A stretch of DNA of 64,000 nucleotides, from NCBI GenBank assembly GCA_951406725.2, contig OX597831.1:41850001-41914000 (forward strand). The letters are read 5' to 3'. Under the pieces are notes generated by a model. The model was given only the letters and a program-made list of their open reading frames with translations, was not told where the DNA came from and did no database searches. The position numbers and the translations under genes are program-made. This DNA is from Octopus vulgaris (lineage: Eukaryota). Below, in pieces: positions 12,384 through 26,896 of this stretch (positions within the stretch are counted from its first letter, which is position 1; each line of letters opens with the position of its first letter).

Positions 12384-14692
12384 CATAAGATTTGATGAGC
12401 TTCCATCTTCAGTGAAGAGATCTTACATTGGAGCTGTTAATGTTTGTATTTCAAACATAATAAGGTAAAACTTTGTATATTGATCTGTCTAACTTGCTAC
12501 ATTTATATACATTACTTACATGCATGCATACATACATACATTCATACATACATACATACATACATACATACATACATACATACATACATACATACACACA
12601 TACATACATAAATTTACTTCTAATATAGGATAAAATTTTTCCCCAAAAACATTTCATCAAAGAGGCAGCATATTAAAATACCTTTTAAGGTGAAAATTAT
12701 AAACAATTTATAAACAAGAGCAAAAGAAAAAAAAATTCTACGCCAAGTAAAATAAGTACTAGGCTTCCAAAGAATAAGTCCTGGGGTCAATTAGCTCAAC
12801 TAAAGGTGGTGCTCCAGCATGGCCACAGTCAAATGACTGAAACAAGTGTAAAAGAGTAAACGAGCTCAGGCCAACCAAAGTCTTGTGAGTGGATTTGGTA
12901 GACAGAAACTGAAAGAAGCCCGCCGTATATATGTATATGTATATATATCTCTCTCTATATAAACGGCAGTTTGTCTGTGTGCGTGTCTGTGTGTCTGTTA
13001 GGTTGTACCCTCACCCTGACCACGGCTTTCAACCGATTCTGATGAAACTTGACACACACATAGCCCAATGTCATAATTCAAAACTAACGCAGCGAAAATT
13101 TTGAAAAGTTCCCCCAGTTCTGAAAAAAATCGATAAATTCGACATGGGGTCGAGAATCAGAAACACAAACCACAGACTGTCATGGGGACGCAACTCGACC
13201 TTTTTAACTCTCAAAAAAATTTACCATCATTTTTTTTTCCATTTTTTTGCTATTTTTTGGCTATAACTCTCTAAAAATGCTTTATAGTTATTTCCCTTAC
13301 AAATCCGAGCAACGCCGGGCGATACTGCTAGTATATATATATATGTATCCCTCTCTCTCTTTCGGAGAGGCACTGAGCAGCTATACGCACACATACACAA
13401 ACGGCAGTAACTTCCACCTACCGAATTCAATCACAAAGCTCCGGTCGGCTCGGGGCTATAGTGAAAGACACCTACCCAAAGTGCCACGCAGTGGGACTGA
13501 ACCCGAAACCATGTAGATATATATGTATATATGTATGTGTGTGTATATGTATATATATATGTATATATGTATGTATGTGTGTGTATATGTTTGTGTGTCT
13601 GTGTTTGTCACCCCCAACATCGCTTGACAACCGATGCTGGTGTGTTTACGTGCCCATAACATAGCGGTTCGGCAAAAGAAACCAATAGAATAAGTACTAG
13701 GCTTCCAAAGAATAAGTCCTAGGGTCGATATGCTCGACTAAAGGCGGTGCTCCAGCATGGCCATAGTCAAATGACTGAAACAAGTAAAAGAGAAAGAGAA
13801 AGAGAGAGAGAGAGAGATATACACAAAATATTCTATAATTATGTACGTAATTATAATCAGGGGTCAGCTAATTGCTTCACCACATACCGAAATGAGAAAT
13901 AGACAGTAATGTCATTTCAACTACCCATATATCTACATACAAAAAGTGTGTTATTGTCTTGGAGATGCTTATGGTAGTTGAAATGACATTAGGGTCTATT
14001 TCTAATTTCGGTACATGCCAAAGCAGTTAGCTGACCCTTGATTATAATTATGTATATAATTATAGAATACTTTGTATAATTCACCTAAAAAGGTTATTTT
14101 AACGTACTGACTACTTGGTAAAATCATTAATTATTAATCAATTAATTAATTGATCAATTAATTAATTAATCTTACCCTATATTTCTTTTACTTGTTTCAG
14201 TCATTTGACTGCGGCCATGCTTGAGCACCACCTTTAGTCGAGCTAATCAACCCCGGGACTTTCTAAGCCCAGTACTTATTCTATGAGTCTCTTTTTACCG
14301 AACCGCTAAGTGACGGGGACGTAAACACACTAGCATTGGTTGTCAAGCAATGCTAGGGGGACAAACACAGACACACAAACACACACACATTCATATATAT
14401 ACATATATACGACAGGCTTCTTTCAGTTTCCGTCTACAAAATCCACTTACAAGGCATTGGTCGGCCCGGGGCTATAGCAGAACACACTTGCCCAAGATGC
14501 CACGCAGTGGGACTGAACCCGGAACCACGTGGTTGGTTAGCAAGCTACTTACCACACCAGCCACTCCTGCGCCTATATCATTATTATTGTTATATATATA
14601 TATGTACGTATGTATGTATGTATGTATGTATGTATGTATGTATGTATGTATATAAACATCCACACATACATATATGAATGAATGTAAATGAG

Positions 14693-14779
<87 letters not shown>

Positions 14780-15204
14780 TTATACACACACACATACAAA
14801 TATGCATACATGATTGTGTATACATCAAAGTGTTTATGTATGTCTTACAATAGATGCCTGTACCTCTTGTTCATGATTTCTGCTTTGCAATCATTAATCA
14901 GGCATTGAGGTGTGTGTATTAATGGCATGTAACTTTGTATCACACCTCAGAAAATTCTAGGTTATTGGGACATACCACATCATTAAATACTTTTTTTGAG
15001 GGTTTTATTACACCAATTTTCTGCCCATCCCTGTTTCCAAATTGATGTTTATATTATCTGCCTAGTAGGGAGAATAATTTCATGAACTATTATCTGTTGG
15101 GGTTCAAATTCCTTACATTTCATGGACAACATAACTCATTATAAATACTGTATTACATACACTATTATTATTATTATTATTATTATTATCATTATTATTT
15201 ATAA

Positions 15205-15241
<37 letters not shown>

Positions 15242-15293
15242 AATTATTATTATTATTAATTATTATTATTATTATTATTATTATTATTTATTA

Positions 15294-15360
<67 letters not shown>

Positions 15361-15364
15361 AATT

Positions 15365-15397
<33 letters not shown>

Positions 15398-15413
15398 TTT
15401 ATTATTATTATTA

Positions 15414-15451
<38 letters not shown>

Positions 15452-17912
15452 GAGTGAGAGAGCAGTGCATGCCATCAAAGTGACACTGGGGTCAAATATA
15501 TGAAGCCCAGTATACCCATCATGACTATGGGAGAGAGAGGGAGTGAGAGAGAAAGAGAGAAATAAGAGTGCTAAGACTTGAAATGCAGGTTTGTTCTCAG
15601 TCACACACACACACACACACACAAAAACAAAGAAAAAAAGTGAAACTTACACCCAGTCACCTTCATTACGACATATTTAACAATTTTCTCACATTGTCTC
15701 TCACACACACACCCAAAAACATAAATATAGCACCTTCATTCATTTACTAATAAGCTTCAATTTTGTCAACTTTTGAAACATATCTGCCCTCAAAAATCCC
15801 ATTTAGGTTTGCTTTCAAACAAATGCATATATAAGGCTGTGTATTAAGAGAGCAACGATGCATAATGCAGGTTAGGTTGCAGTCGCACATCATTAACACA
15901 GATATTACTTTGAGACCGACAGACAACAGACCAACCAGTGCCCAACCTGCAGCAGAGCCTTCGTAGCACACACCGGACTGATTCACCACAGCTGGACACA
16001 CCATCTCCTGTCTTCTTTCATGTGATGCCCTTGGTCATTACTGACAACGATGGACGAAGTAATGATAATAAAAATGATAATAATTTTCAGTTGCTCATGT
16101 TAATTATAGATTTATCGGATCTTTTCAGTTTGAACGGCAGTTTTTTCTAGCAGTGTCATATGAAATTGTCACCCATAATTATGACCCTAGTATCAATCTA
16201 TTGCATTTCAATCTGTTTTAGGGTTAGGGTTAGGGTTAGGATTAGAGGTGGGGGGAAGGGTATCTTTTTTTCTTCACAAATGTAAATAAACCCAATCTGT
16301 TTCTTAAACGAGGGACATATTCATACGGCACAGAATGTTTTTTTTTACCTCAATGGACGTCATTGATTGGTTGAAATTGCAGAAATTGAAGAAAAAAACA
16401 ACAAATATCTTACAAACTATAGAATTTTCTCAATAAAGCCAAGAGAAAAAGATGTTTTATAAACACATTCTACCAGTATACGAAGTTTAACATTTTTTAG
16501 TTACCTAGAAATTATGTTAAAAACTGCTGTTCAAACCGAAAAGATTCGATTTGTCTGTTCTCAATTACACATGAAATATAGGTCTTTTTATAGGCATCAT
16601 CACTGTCATCTTCAATCCCTAGACATTAGTTTCAAGCCCTAGAACTCATAAGGTCAGTTATCCAGTTTCTATGGCATATAAGTGATTGAGATCACAATAT
16701 TCCCCCGGCACACATCTCAACTGGACACTGGTCAGTCACAGTGTTACTCATTTAAAACTGAGTGGACTAGAGCAATATGAAATGAAACATTTTGCTCAAG
16801 AACACAACAAACCGCCAGACTGGGGAATGAAACCATGAGCTTGCAATCATGAGAGCAACATTCTAACCACTAGACTAATTGTCTTCACTTTCTACAGACA
16901 GAGAAAGGTAAGAATCAAAAGAGCATGGAACAAAATGCATTGTGATATTAGTTGTGGCTCTGTCCTTATTTACATTCTGAGTTCAAATTCTGCTGCAGTT
17001 GACTTTGCCTTTCATCCTTTTGGGTGATGATAAATTAAGTACCAGTGAAACACTGACATCGATGTAATCAACTAGTCCCCTCCCCACAAATTTCAAGCCT
17101 TGTGCCTTCAGCAGAAACGATATTAGTTCTGGTTGTTTACATTCTGAGTTTGAATTCCTTCAAGGTCATCTTTGCCTTTCATTCTAACATGGTCACTATA
17201 AGAAAGTACCAATCCAGTTCTGAGGTCTATGGTATTTACTAACCCAACTCCCCACAAAATTGCTGACCTTGTGCTAAAACCTGAGACCATTACTATAAGA
17301 TGGTGACTTGGTTCACTTGTTAGTGTCTTGGATAAAATACTTAGCAGGATTTCATCCTGTTATTTAAGTCCTGAGTTCAAATACCACTGATGTTCACTTT
17401 GCTTTTCATACTCTGGGATGAATAACATAAAATACCAGTGAAGTACTGGACTCATTTTCTTTTTTTTTTCTACATTAAACCTGTTTACATACCAGACCCT
17501 CACAAGACACACACACACACACACACACGAGTCAATGCTTTGTTCTGTGCCATCCATGTCTTTAGTTGTGGGCTTTGATATTAGTTGAGCCACAACTAAT
17601 ATCACAATGCATTTTTTTCAGTTTTTTCATGCAAAACCTTTGTGATTAATAAAGAAATCATAATAATAATAATTATTATTGTTGTTGTTGTTGTTATTAA
17701 GGGGCTGAGCTGGCAGAATTGTTAGCATGCTGGATGTAATGCTTAGCAGTATTTTGCCTGTCGCTACGTTCTGGGTTCAGATTCCACCAAAGTCAACTTT
17801 GCTTTTCATCCTTTTTGGGTCATTAAATTAAGTACCAGTGAAACACTGGGGTCAATGTAATCAGCAAATCCCTTCCCACCAAACTTCAGGCCTTGTGCCT
17901 ACAGTAGAAAGG

Positions 17913-17960
<48 letters not shown>

Positions 17961-18312
17961 GAGTGAAAGAGCTGTGCATGCCATCAAAGTGACACTGGGG
18001 TAAAATATCCGAAGCCCAGTATACCCATCATGACTACCTGTTTGATAAGGGTACACCAACCAAGCACATGCATCACAACCATATGTGCGCGATATGGTGA
18101 TCTCATATCAAGATAAACAGCGCATGACTTTGCAGGTGGGGCTCAGTTAGGATTTTCTTCTTGTCGTGTAACCCATCCCGCTCAAAAGGTCCCTGAATAA
18201 GGAGGGGGAGGAGGGAGGGGGTGGGGGAGATGAGGAGGAGGAGGAGAAGAAGAAGAAGAAGAAGAAGAAGAAGAAGAAGAAGAAGAAGAAGAAGAAGAAG
18301 AAGAAGATGATA

Positions 18313-18344
<32 letters not shown>

Positions 18345-19866
18345 GAAGGAGGTGGTGATACTTATGGTGGTGGGATTGTCATCATTGTTCTCTTTTCAAG
18401 TGATCAAATGACAAGAGTAAACCATCTGTAATAAAATCCCAAATTACTATCAATCACCAAAAGCAATAAAGTTATACCTTGATAAATTGCAAATCATTGT
18501 CTGGATTAATGATGCTATTGCATTTCTTCTTTATTAGATTGTCTTCTATGTCACACCTGGTGTATTTGGTTCGGCCACTCTGGAATACCTACAATGACAG
18601 AAAATGATATTAGTAAATACATATGCAAACATACGTAAACAAAATATACACCCACATACACATTGGGTTGTCCGGAAAGTTCATGCCAATTTTTAAAGGA
18701 AAGAAAAAAGTCAATAAATACTTGCCATTACATTTTTAGTCAACCAAATATGAACCATTTTCTTGCACAATACGTCTCCATCTTTCCTTTAACTTGAAAA
18801 TACCCTCTTCCCAGAATTGAGGTGGTTTCATGGCAAAGAATTCATCAAAGTATCTTTTTACGTCATCCAAGGAATTGAAATTTTTACCATTGAGACTATT
18901 CTACAGAGACCTGAATAAGTTAGAATCCGAAGGACCAATATCTGGTGAATATGGAGGGTGGGGTAACACATCCCAGCTGAGCTGCAGCAATTTTTGACTG
19001 GTTTCCAAAGCATCAAGTGCCGAAAATGAACTTTTTATCTTCCATTTTAAAGGGTTACAGAATTAACACAGGTTATAGGAACATAAACCTTCTTCCACGA
19101 AAAGATAGCTTAAACTGTGCTCTAAATGGAGGTGTAGTCAAATCCTATTTTATGGACTCAACCATGTTCTAAAATAAGTCGAAAGGTAAGCTACTATAAA
19201 TCGGTACGAACTTTCTAGACAACCCAATATATATATATACATATATGTGTGTGCATATCATCATTATCATCATCATCATCATCGTTTAACGTCCGCTTTC
19301 GATGATGATGATGATGATGATGATGATATGCGAGTGTGTGCAAGTGCGTGTGTGTGTGTGTGTGTGTGTATACGTGTAGATGTACAAACCAAACTGTAAA
19401 ATTAACTTATATTATATTATTAGAAAATTAAATTAATTAGAACTACCAGTGAGGTCACCCTTTTCCTTTTTCAAATATACCCAACCGTACCAAGGATTTC
19501 ACACATTTTCCAATATATATACATATGTGGGCGATGCCAGCGCCGCCTAGACTGGCTTCTGTGCCGGTGGCACGTAAAAAGCACTATCCGAATCGTGGCC
19601 AATGCCAGCGCCGCCTAGACTGGCTTCCGCGCCGGTGGCACATAAAATGCACCAATCCGATCATGGCTGTTGCCAGCCTCGCCTGGCACCTGTGCAGGTG
19701 GCACGTAAAAAGCACCCACTACACTCACGGATTGGTTGGCATTAGGAAGGGCATCCAGCTGTAGAAACACTGCCAGATCAGACTGGAGCCTGGTGCAGCC
19801 TTCTGGCTTCCCAGATCCCCGTTCGAACCATCCAACCCATGCTAGCATGGAGAACGGACGTTAAAC

Positions 19867-19897
<31 letters not shown>

Positions 19898-20222
19898 TGT
19901 ATATAAAAGGGAGTGCTGTAAAGTTCCTGGCTTTAAAGGTATCATGAAAGGACTGGTTCGAGGCCCAACCTTCAGAGTTCTTTTACAGGACTTAGAAAAA
20001 CTGAAGGACTGCTGCAATAAGTGTGTGAATCTGAAAGAGGAATATTTTGAATAAAACCATAATTAACTGATCCTCCTTTACCCAAAGCCAAAAACTTTTC
20101 AGTACACACACTAAATAAAATTTGTTGAAAAAAAGGCTGCAATAATTACGCACCAACCCAATAGTTCAAATGTATGTATGTATGTATGTATGTATGTATG
20201 TATGTATGTATGTATGTATGTA

Positions 20223-20253
<31 letters not shown>

Positions 20254-20563
20254 ATGTGTGTGTGTATGTGTGTGTGTGTATGTATGTATGTATGTATGTA
20301 TGTATGTATGTATGTATGTATGTATGTATGTATGTATGTATGTATGTATGTATGTATGCAGGAGGACTTAAACGACATGCAAAGGTACATGAAGCCCAGT
20401 TACAACTACAGCCGGCTATTACCGGTAAAGGTATTAGTTGCCAATTCTGTACAAGACATTGTAGATCTTTAGCTGGGCTAAAAAGTCACATTCGATCATA
20501 GCACCAGTAACAGTTAAGTTTCGTGCAATGGCCATACTCGATAACGAGGGGGCAGCCATTATG

Positions 20564-20597
<34 letters not shown>

Positions 20598-21998
20598 TGT
20601 ATGTATGTGTGAAGGCGCATGGCCTGGTGGTGTAGGTGTTACATTCATGATCGCCAGATTGTGGCTTTAATTCTCAGACTGAGCAGTGGGTGCCGTTCCT
20701 GAGCAAAAGACTTCATTTCATATTGCTTCAGCACACTTCAGCTGCAAATGGGTAAACCTGCGACACACTAACCCTCCAATCTTAGCCAGCAGGGTCGCAT
20801 CATTTGAAAGTTCAAAATGATGCAAAGGGCATTGTAACTAGTATTGTTTAACAACATCTGGCAGTCTGTGTGTGTGTGTGTGTGTGTGTGTGTATACAGA
20901 CATGTATATGTTTATTATTTATGCGTTTTGTGTGAGCACATGCACTGAAATGTTTGTGTGTGCTTGTGGGATTATACTTATGTTAAGCAAGCAGTTATTT
21001 TGGCACCCCCCCAAAAAAAAAAACACAAAAACAAAACTCATTTACTTTGAAGAATAACATATAAAAGAAAACTAATAAACCTCAGAGCACAAATTAAAAA
21101 AACAAATAAAAATAAAAACTAAGAAATCAAACAAAAAAAAATATCCTTACCTCATCTGCACACCAGGTGCAATCTTTGTGCAAAGTGAAACACTGTGCAC
21201 AGGTCTCGGCATGTTTACATATTGTACCTGGGGAGAGAAGGACCAAAATAGATTAAGTCATATAGAAGGACCAAGGTTCACTGCCTTGAAGGGTTTAATC
21301 AAACAAATTGACTGGAATTTACTTTTATTGATCCCCCCCCCCCCCAAATCAGAGCCAGCACTAACCCTCATAGGATTTGTACCTCAAACCATTTAAAAGT
21401 GAGGTCAACTAAATGACACAAGGAGGCCAATTCTGACAAACCAATGCCAAAATTCTAACACACTAATGGTTTCAAATTTTGGAACAAGGCCAGCAATTTC
21501 GTGGGAGGGGCTAAGTTAATTAGATTGACCCCAGTGCTCAACTGGTGCTTATTTTATCAACCTTGAAAAGATGAAAGGCAATGCTGACCCTGGCGCATTT
21601 TCACCAATTAAATTTTTCACCAATTAAATTTTTCTTTAATATATGTATATATGTGAAGGCACATGGCTCAGTGGTTAGAGTATCGGGCTTACGATCATGA
21701 GGTTTTGAGTTTGAATTCCTAACTGGGCTGTGTGTTGTATTCTTGAGCAAGACACTTTATTTCACGTTGCTCCAGTTCACTCAGCTGTAGAAATGAGTTC
21801 TGACGTCGGTGATGCCAATCTATATTAGCCTTTGCCTTTCTCTTGGATAACACCGGTGGCATGGAGAGGGGAAGCCGGTATGCCTGGGCAACTGCTGGTC
21901 TTCCATAAAACAACTTTGCTCGGACTTGTGCCTTGAAAGAGAACTTTCTAGGTACAATCCCATGATCAGTCATGACCAAAGGGGGTTTCAGCAACTCA

Positions 21999-22034
<36 letters not shown>

Positions 22035-22180
22035 CAACAAAAACCTGTTACTCTGAGTTTCACGTTCACGTTCGTCGGACAACGAACGGGAATGTGAAAC
22101 TCAGAGTAACAGGTTTTTAATATATATATATATATATATACATACATACCTATATATATATATGTATGTATGTATGTATG

Positions 22181-22211
<31 letters not shown>

Positions 22212-22238
22212 GTATATATATATATATATGTATGTATG

Positions 22239-22273
<35 letters not shown>

Positions 22274-23873
22274 AAAATCCATTCGATCACAGACAGCATG
22301 GTAAGAGGTACAATCATTGTGAAAGGTGGAGTTTGGAACTGAAGCATGCAACAATGTGTGTGCGTGTGTGTGTGTGTTTGTCCTCACTCCCACTGCTTGA
22401 TAACCAGTACTGGTTTGTTTATGTTCCCATAACTTAGCAGTTTGGCAAGAGACTGATAGAAAAGAAATAGAAGCACTGGGATGCCCTAGCATGGCCACAG
22501 TTCAATGAGTGAAACAAGTACAAGATAAAAGATAAAAGAAAAACCCAGAAGGATGAAAGGCAAAGTTAACCGCAAAGGGATTTGAGCGCAGAATGCAGAC
22601 AGAACTAAGTACCCCAAAGTATTTTGTCCAACATTCTAACAATTCTGCCAATTATAATTAAGGGGTTTTCAGCATTGATATTTCCCCTTCTAAATAAAAA
22701 TGACCCCTTGAACTCTAAGACATCCATCACTGACATAAATTACTGGTTTCCACCATAAACCTTTTCTCGTCATCAGGCAACCATAGACCTGTCTGAACTG
22801 GTTCAAACAGGTATTTAATAAGCTGGAAGGATTAGCAACCACTAGAACCAGATCTAACCAGGGTTATTATAGTCAGCATGTGTTAATTAATTTCTCCAAT
22901 ATATCAGGAGCTTTGTTGTTATTGTTGATGCTGTTGTTGTAGTTGGTCATACGGTTGTTCTTGTTATTATTTATGTTATTGATGTTGGTGTTGTTGCATT
23001 ATAAATATGCATGTTGTAGTAGTTGTGCTATTGTTGCTGTAGTTAGTCATCCTGTTGTTGTTGTTGTTGTAGACAGACTTGCTGCTGTTGATGTTGTTGT
23101 TTAGTCCCAAGTCAACACTAATTGAGCAAAGTAGGTTCAAAGGCATTCTAACCGTGACCATCCCGTCTTATTCCATCATTTTCCCCTATGCACAGGACAC
23201 CCAACACCACATTATCCAACAAGTCCTTTTTCAAGTAGGCTGTGAGTTCATTTAAGGGAAATCTAGCTGCTATTTCTAGCATTAAGCAACCACAAAGCAG
23301 TTCCCTTGTCACGCATTATTCTAGTTATTGAAGATGATGTTTAGCTCCAGGTTTGCTCTGATCAAAGCAGGCATATGATCAATAACATTCCAAACATGCC
23401 CATCCTGATTTGTGTGTGGGGGGGTGTATGACAGGGGAGAGTATATCTAGGTGTACATTATCTAATGTGTTCATCATACAAAAGTAAGGTAGTGTAAGAT
23501 AGGGGAGGGTTGGCTGCTATTTCTAGCATGTCAAGTGACCATGTAAAGGTAACTTCATTGACTTAGGTCAATAAATGTGCAACTGTTGTTACTGTTGTGG
23601 ACGTCATTGGTGTTCTTGGCTGTGTTCTTGCTGTAGTTCTGGTTCATTCTATTTTTATTGTTGTTATTGATTATTACTGTTTGTCATTGTGGTGGTTGTT
23701 ATTGATGTGGAAGCATGACAAGGTTTAGGCGCGAAGTTTGCTTCCTGACAACATGGTTATGGATTCAGTCGCACTGTGTGGCACTTTGAGACCAACCAAA
23801 ACCTTGTGAGTGGATTTGGTAGATGGAAACTGAGAGAAGCCTGCCATATAGTTACATATATATATATATATAT

Positions 23874-23909
<36 letters not shown>

Positions 23910-25497
23910 GTGGAGGCGCAATGGCCCAGTGGTTAGGGTAGCGGACTTGCGGTTTCGATTCCCAGACTGGGCGCTGTGAGTGTTTATTGAGTGAAAACAG
24001 CTATGGCTCCACAAGGCTCCAGCAGAGGGTGGTGGCGATCCCTGCTGTACTCTTTCACTGCAACTTTTTCTCACTCTTTCTTCTGTTGGCCTGCTCACTT
24101 AGCCAGCAGGGTGGCGTCATTTGAAGGCTAAAACAATGTGAAGCGCATTGTGACCAGCGATGTGTAGCAACATCTGATAGCCTGGTCGGTCACAGTCACG
24201 GGAATATATAGATAGATAGATAGATAGATAAATAGATATATGTATCAGACTGGAGCCTGGAGCAGCCCCTGGCTCCCCAGACCCCGGTCGAACCGTCGAA
24301 CCCGTGCTAGCGCGGAAAACGGACGTTAAACGATGATGATGATGATGATGATGATATATATATAATATATATATATATTATATATCACGTGATTGACCAG
24401 ACCATCAGATGTTGCTACACATCGCTGGTCACAATGCATTCGCATTCTTTTACCCTTCGAGTGATGCCACTCCGCTGGCTAAGCGAGCAGGCCAACAGGA
24501 GAAAAAGTGAGAGAAAGAGTGGTGAAAGAGTACAGCAAGGATCGCCACCACACCCTGCCGGAGCCTCTTGGAGCTATAGGTGTTTTCACTCAATAAACAC
24601 TCACAACGCCCAGTCTGGGAATCGAAACCGCGATCCTATGACCACGAGTTCGCTGCCCTGACCATATTATATATGTATGTATGTATGTGTGTATGTATGT
24701 ATGTGTGAATGTATGTATGTATGTATGTATGGTATATATGTACATATGTATTTAAATATATGTACATGTATACATATTTACATATACACACACGCACATA
24801 TATATATACTAACAGAGATACCCGGCGTTGCTCGGGATTAAAATGGCATGGTTTTTTTTATTGTTTTACTTGTTTCAGTCAAGTGACTGCAGCCATGCTG
24901 GACACTGTCTTTAGTCGAACAAATCAACCCCAGGTTTTATTATTTGTAAGCCTAGTACTTATTCTATCAGTACTTATTTTGCCAAACCACTAAGTTACAG
25001 GGACATAAACACAGCAACATCGGTTGTCAAGTGATAGTGGCGGTACAAACCAAGGCACATACACACAGACACACAAATATGCACATATGTATATGTGTAT
25101 ATGTATGTATACATATGTATATGTATATTATTTCAATTTCTGTATACAAAATCAACTCACAAGGCTTTGCTCAGCCTGAGGCTATAGACTATGTGTCTGT
25201 GTATACACATACACACACATATATATTAGTAGAAATATTTATGATACAGCTCATGTCAGTAAATGGAGTCGGGACTGTCTTGTATACAAATAAATACAAT
25301 AAATGCACATGCAGAGAAAAATCAAAGTGCCCATTGATGAATCTCTGTATGAGTACAAATCTTGTATATAAATGTACCAAGAGCGTTTATACTCTCTTTT
25401 ACTCTTTACTCTTTTACCGAACCGCTAAGTGACGGGGACGTAAACACACCAGCATCGGTTGTCAAGCAATGCTAGGGGGACAAACACAGACACACAA

Positions 25498-25582
<85 letters not shown>

Positions 25583-26826
25583 TATATACATATATACGAC
25601 AGGCTTCTTTCAGTTTCTGTCTACCAAATCCACTCACAAGGCATTGGTCGGCCCAGGGCTATAGCAGAAGACACTTGCCCAAGATGCCACGGAGTGGGAC
25701 TGAACCCGGAACCATGTGGTTGGTTAGCAAGCTACTTACCACACAGCCACTCCTATTTGTTAAAAATTATTTCTAATACTTTTCTTGCTGCATTGCATGT
25801 TAATTTCTCTTTCTCCTGTGATTTTCGTTTTGATCTTCTACGTAAATAAAGATATTTCCTCCATCTGGCTGCTTTTCTTTCTACAGAATGAGAAGTTACA
25901 TTGCGGAACTTTTATTTTAACAAGTTGTGTCTATTTATCCCCCACTGAGATACATCTGTATGGCCAGATGCTCCTCAACCAGTTGTCAAGTGTCCCACCC
26001 ATAAGATGCTAGATGCGTCGAAACAATTGTTGTGATTAATGATAAATCCTCATATATTCTATCTTCCATCTTTCATTTGCCATATACATAACGATCACTG
26101 TGAAAGTGACCATGCTTTACCAGTAAGCTATCAAGTGTAAACCATTCATTTTATTATCCAATATGTGTGTGTGTGTGTGTGTATATATATACAGTTAATC
26201 CAAACATGAACAAAGAGAAAACACAACAACGCGGGGACATGGAACAAGTATAGTGTTATTGGAAGCTCAGGAAAGGAAAGAAGGAAGGAGGATTTAACAT
26301 TTTGAGCAGAGCTCTTCGTCAGAAACATAGAAAAAGGAAAAGTCCAAGGATGGGAAAACGGAGAAAGAAAATCGCCAACTATACACACGCGATCCCATAT
26401 TGAATATATATACATATATATATAGATACACACATACACACATCTACACGTATTACCCTTACTGCAGCTGCTGGATTTGAAAAGCCACTTCACACCTAGC
26501 TGAGATGACAAATGGAAGCTTTCGACACTTCAACATTTCAGATTGGCCTTGGTTATCTAATTTACTTTTTGATTTATTTTTATATATTTATTTATTGACT
26601 TGTTTTATTTTTGTATAGCAAATACAGCTAATTGGTATGCTAAGAAACTTTTATCATCATCATCATCATCGTCATTATCATCAACATCGTCATCATCACC
26701 ATTATCATCACTCACTATGGTTATTATCACTAATCATCCTCATCATCATCATGATAATGATTGAAGTTCTTAGTTATTTTGCCTACCCCAACACACAAAC
26801 ACACACACACACACGCACACATGCAC

Positions 26827-26896
<70 letters not shown>

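Noticed and set aside
22740-22780. CTGATGA...GAAACCAGTA hammerhead-like motif (minus); similar weak cases at ~25995-26035, ~30315-30350, ~52840-52890 and ~61605-61640
   Set aside because: Stem I or stem II does not pair, or the core is incomplete; at best decayed remnants.
23911-23970. tRNA-like sequences at several loci
   Set aside because: They are SINE heads continuing into SINE bodies, often with TSDs; no complete cloverleaf.
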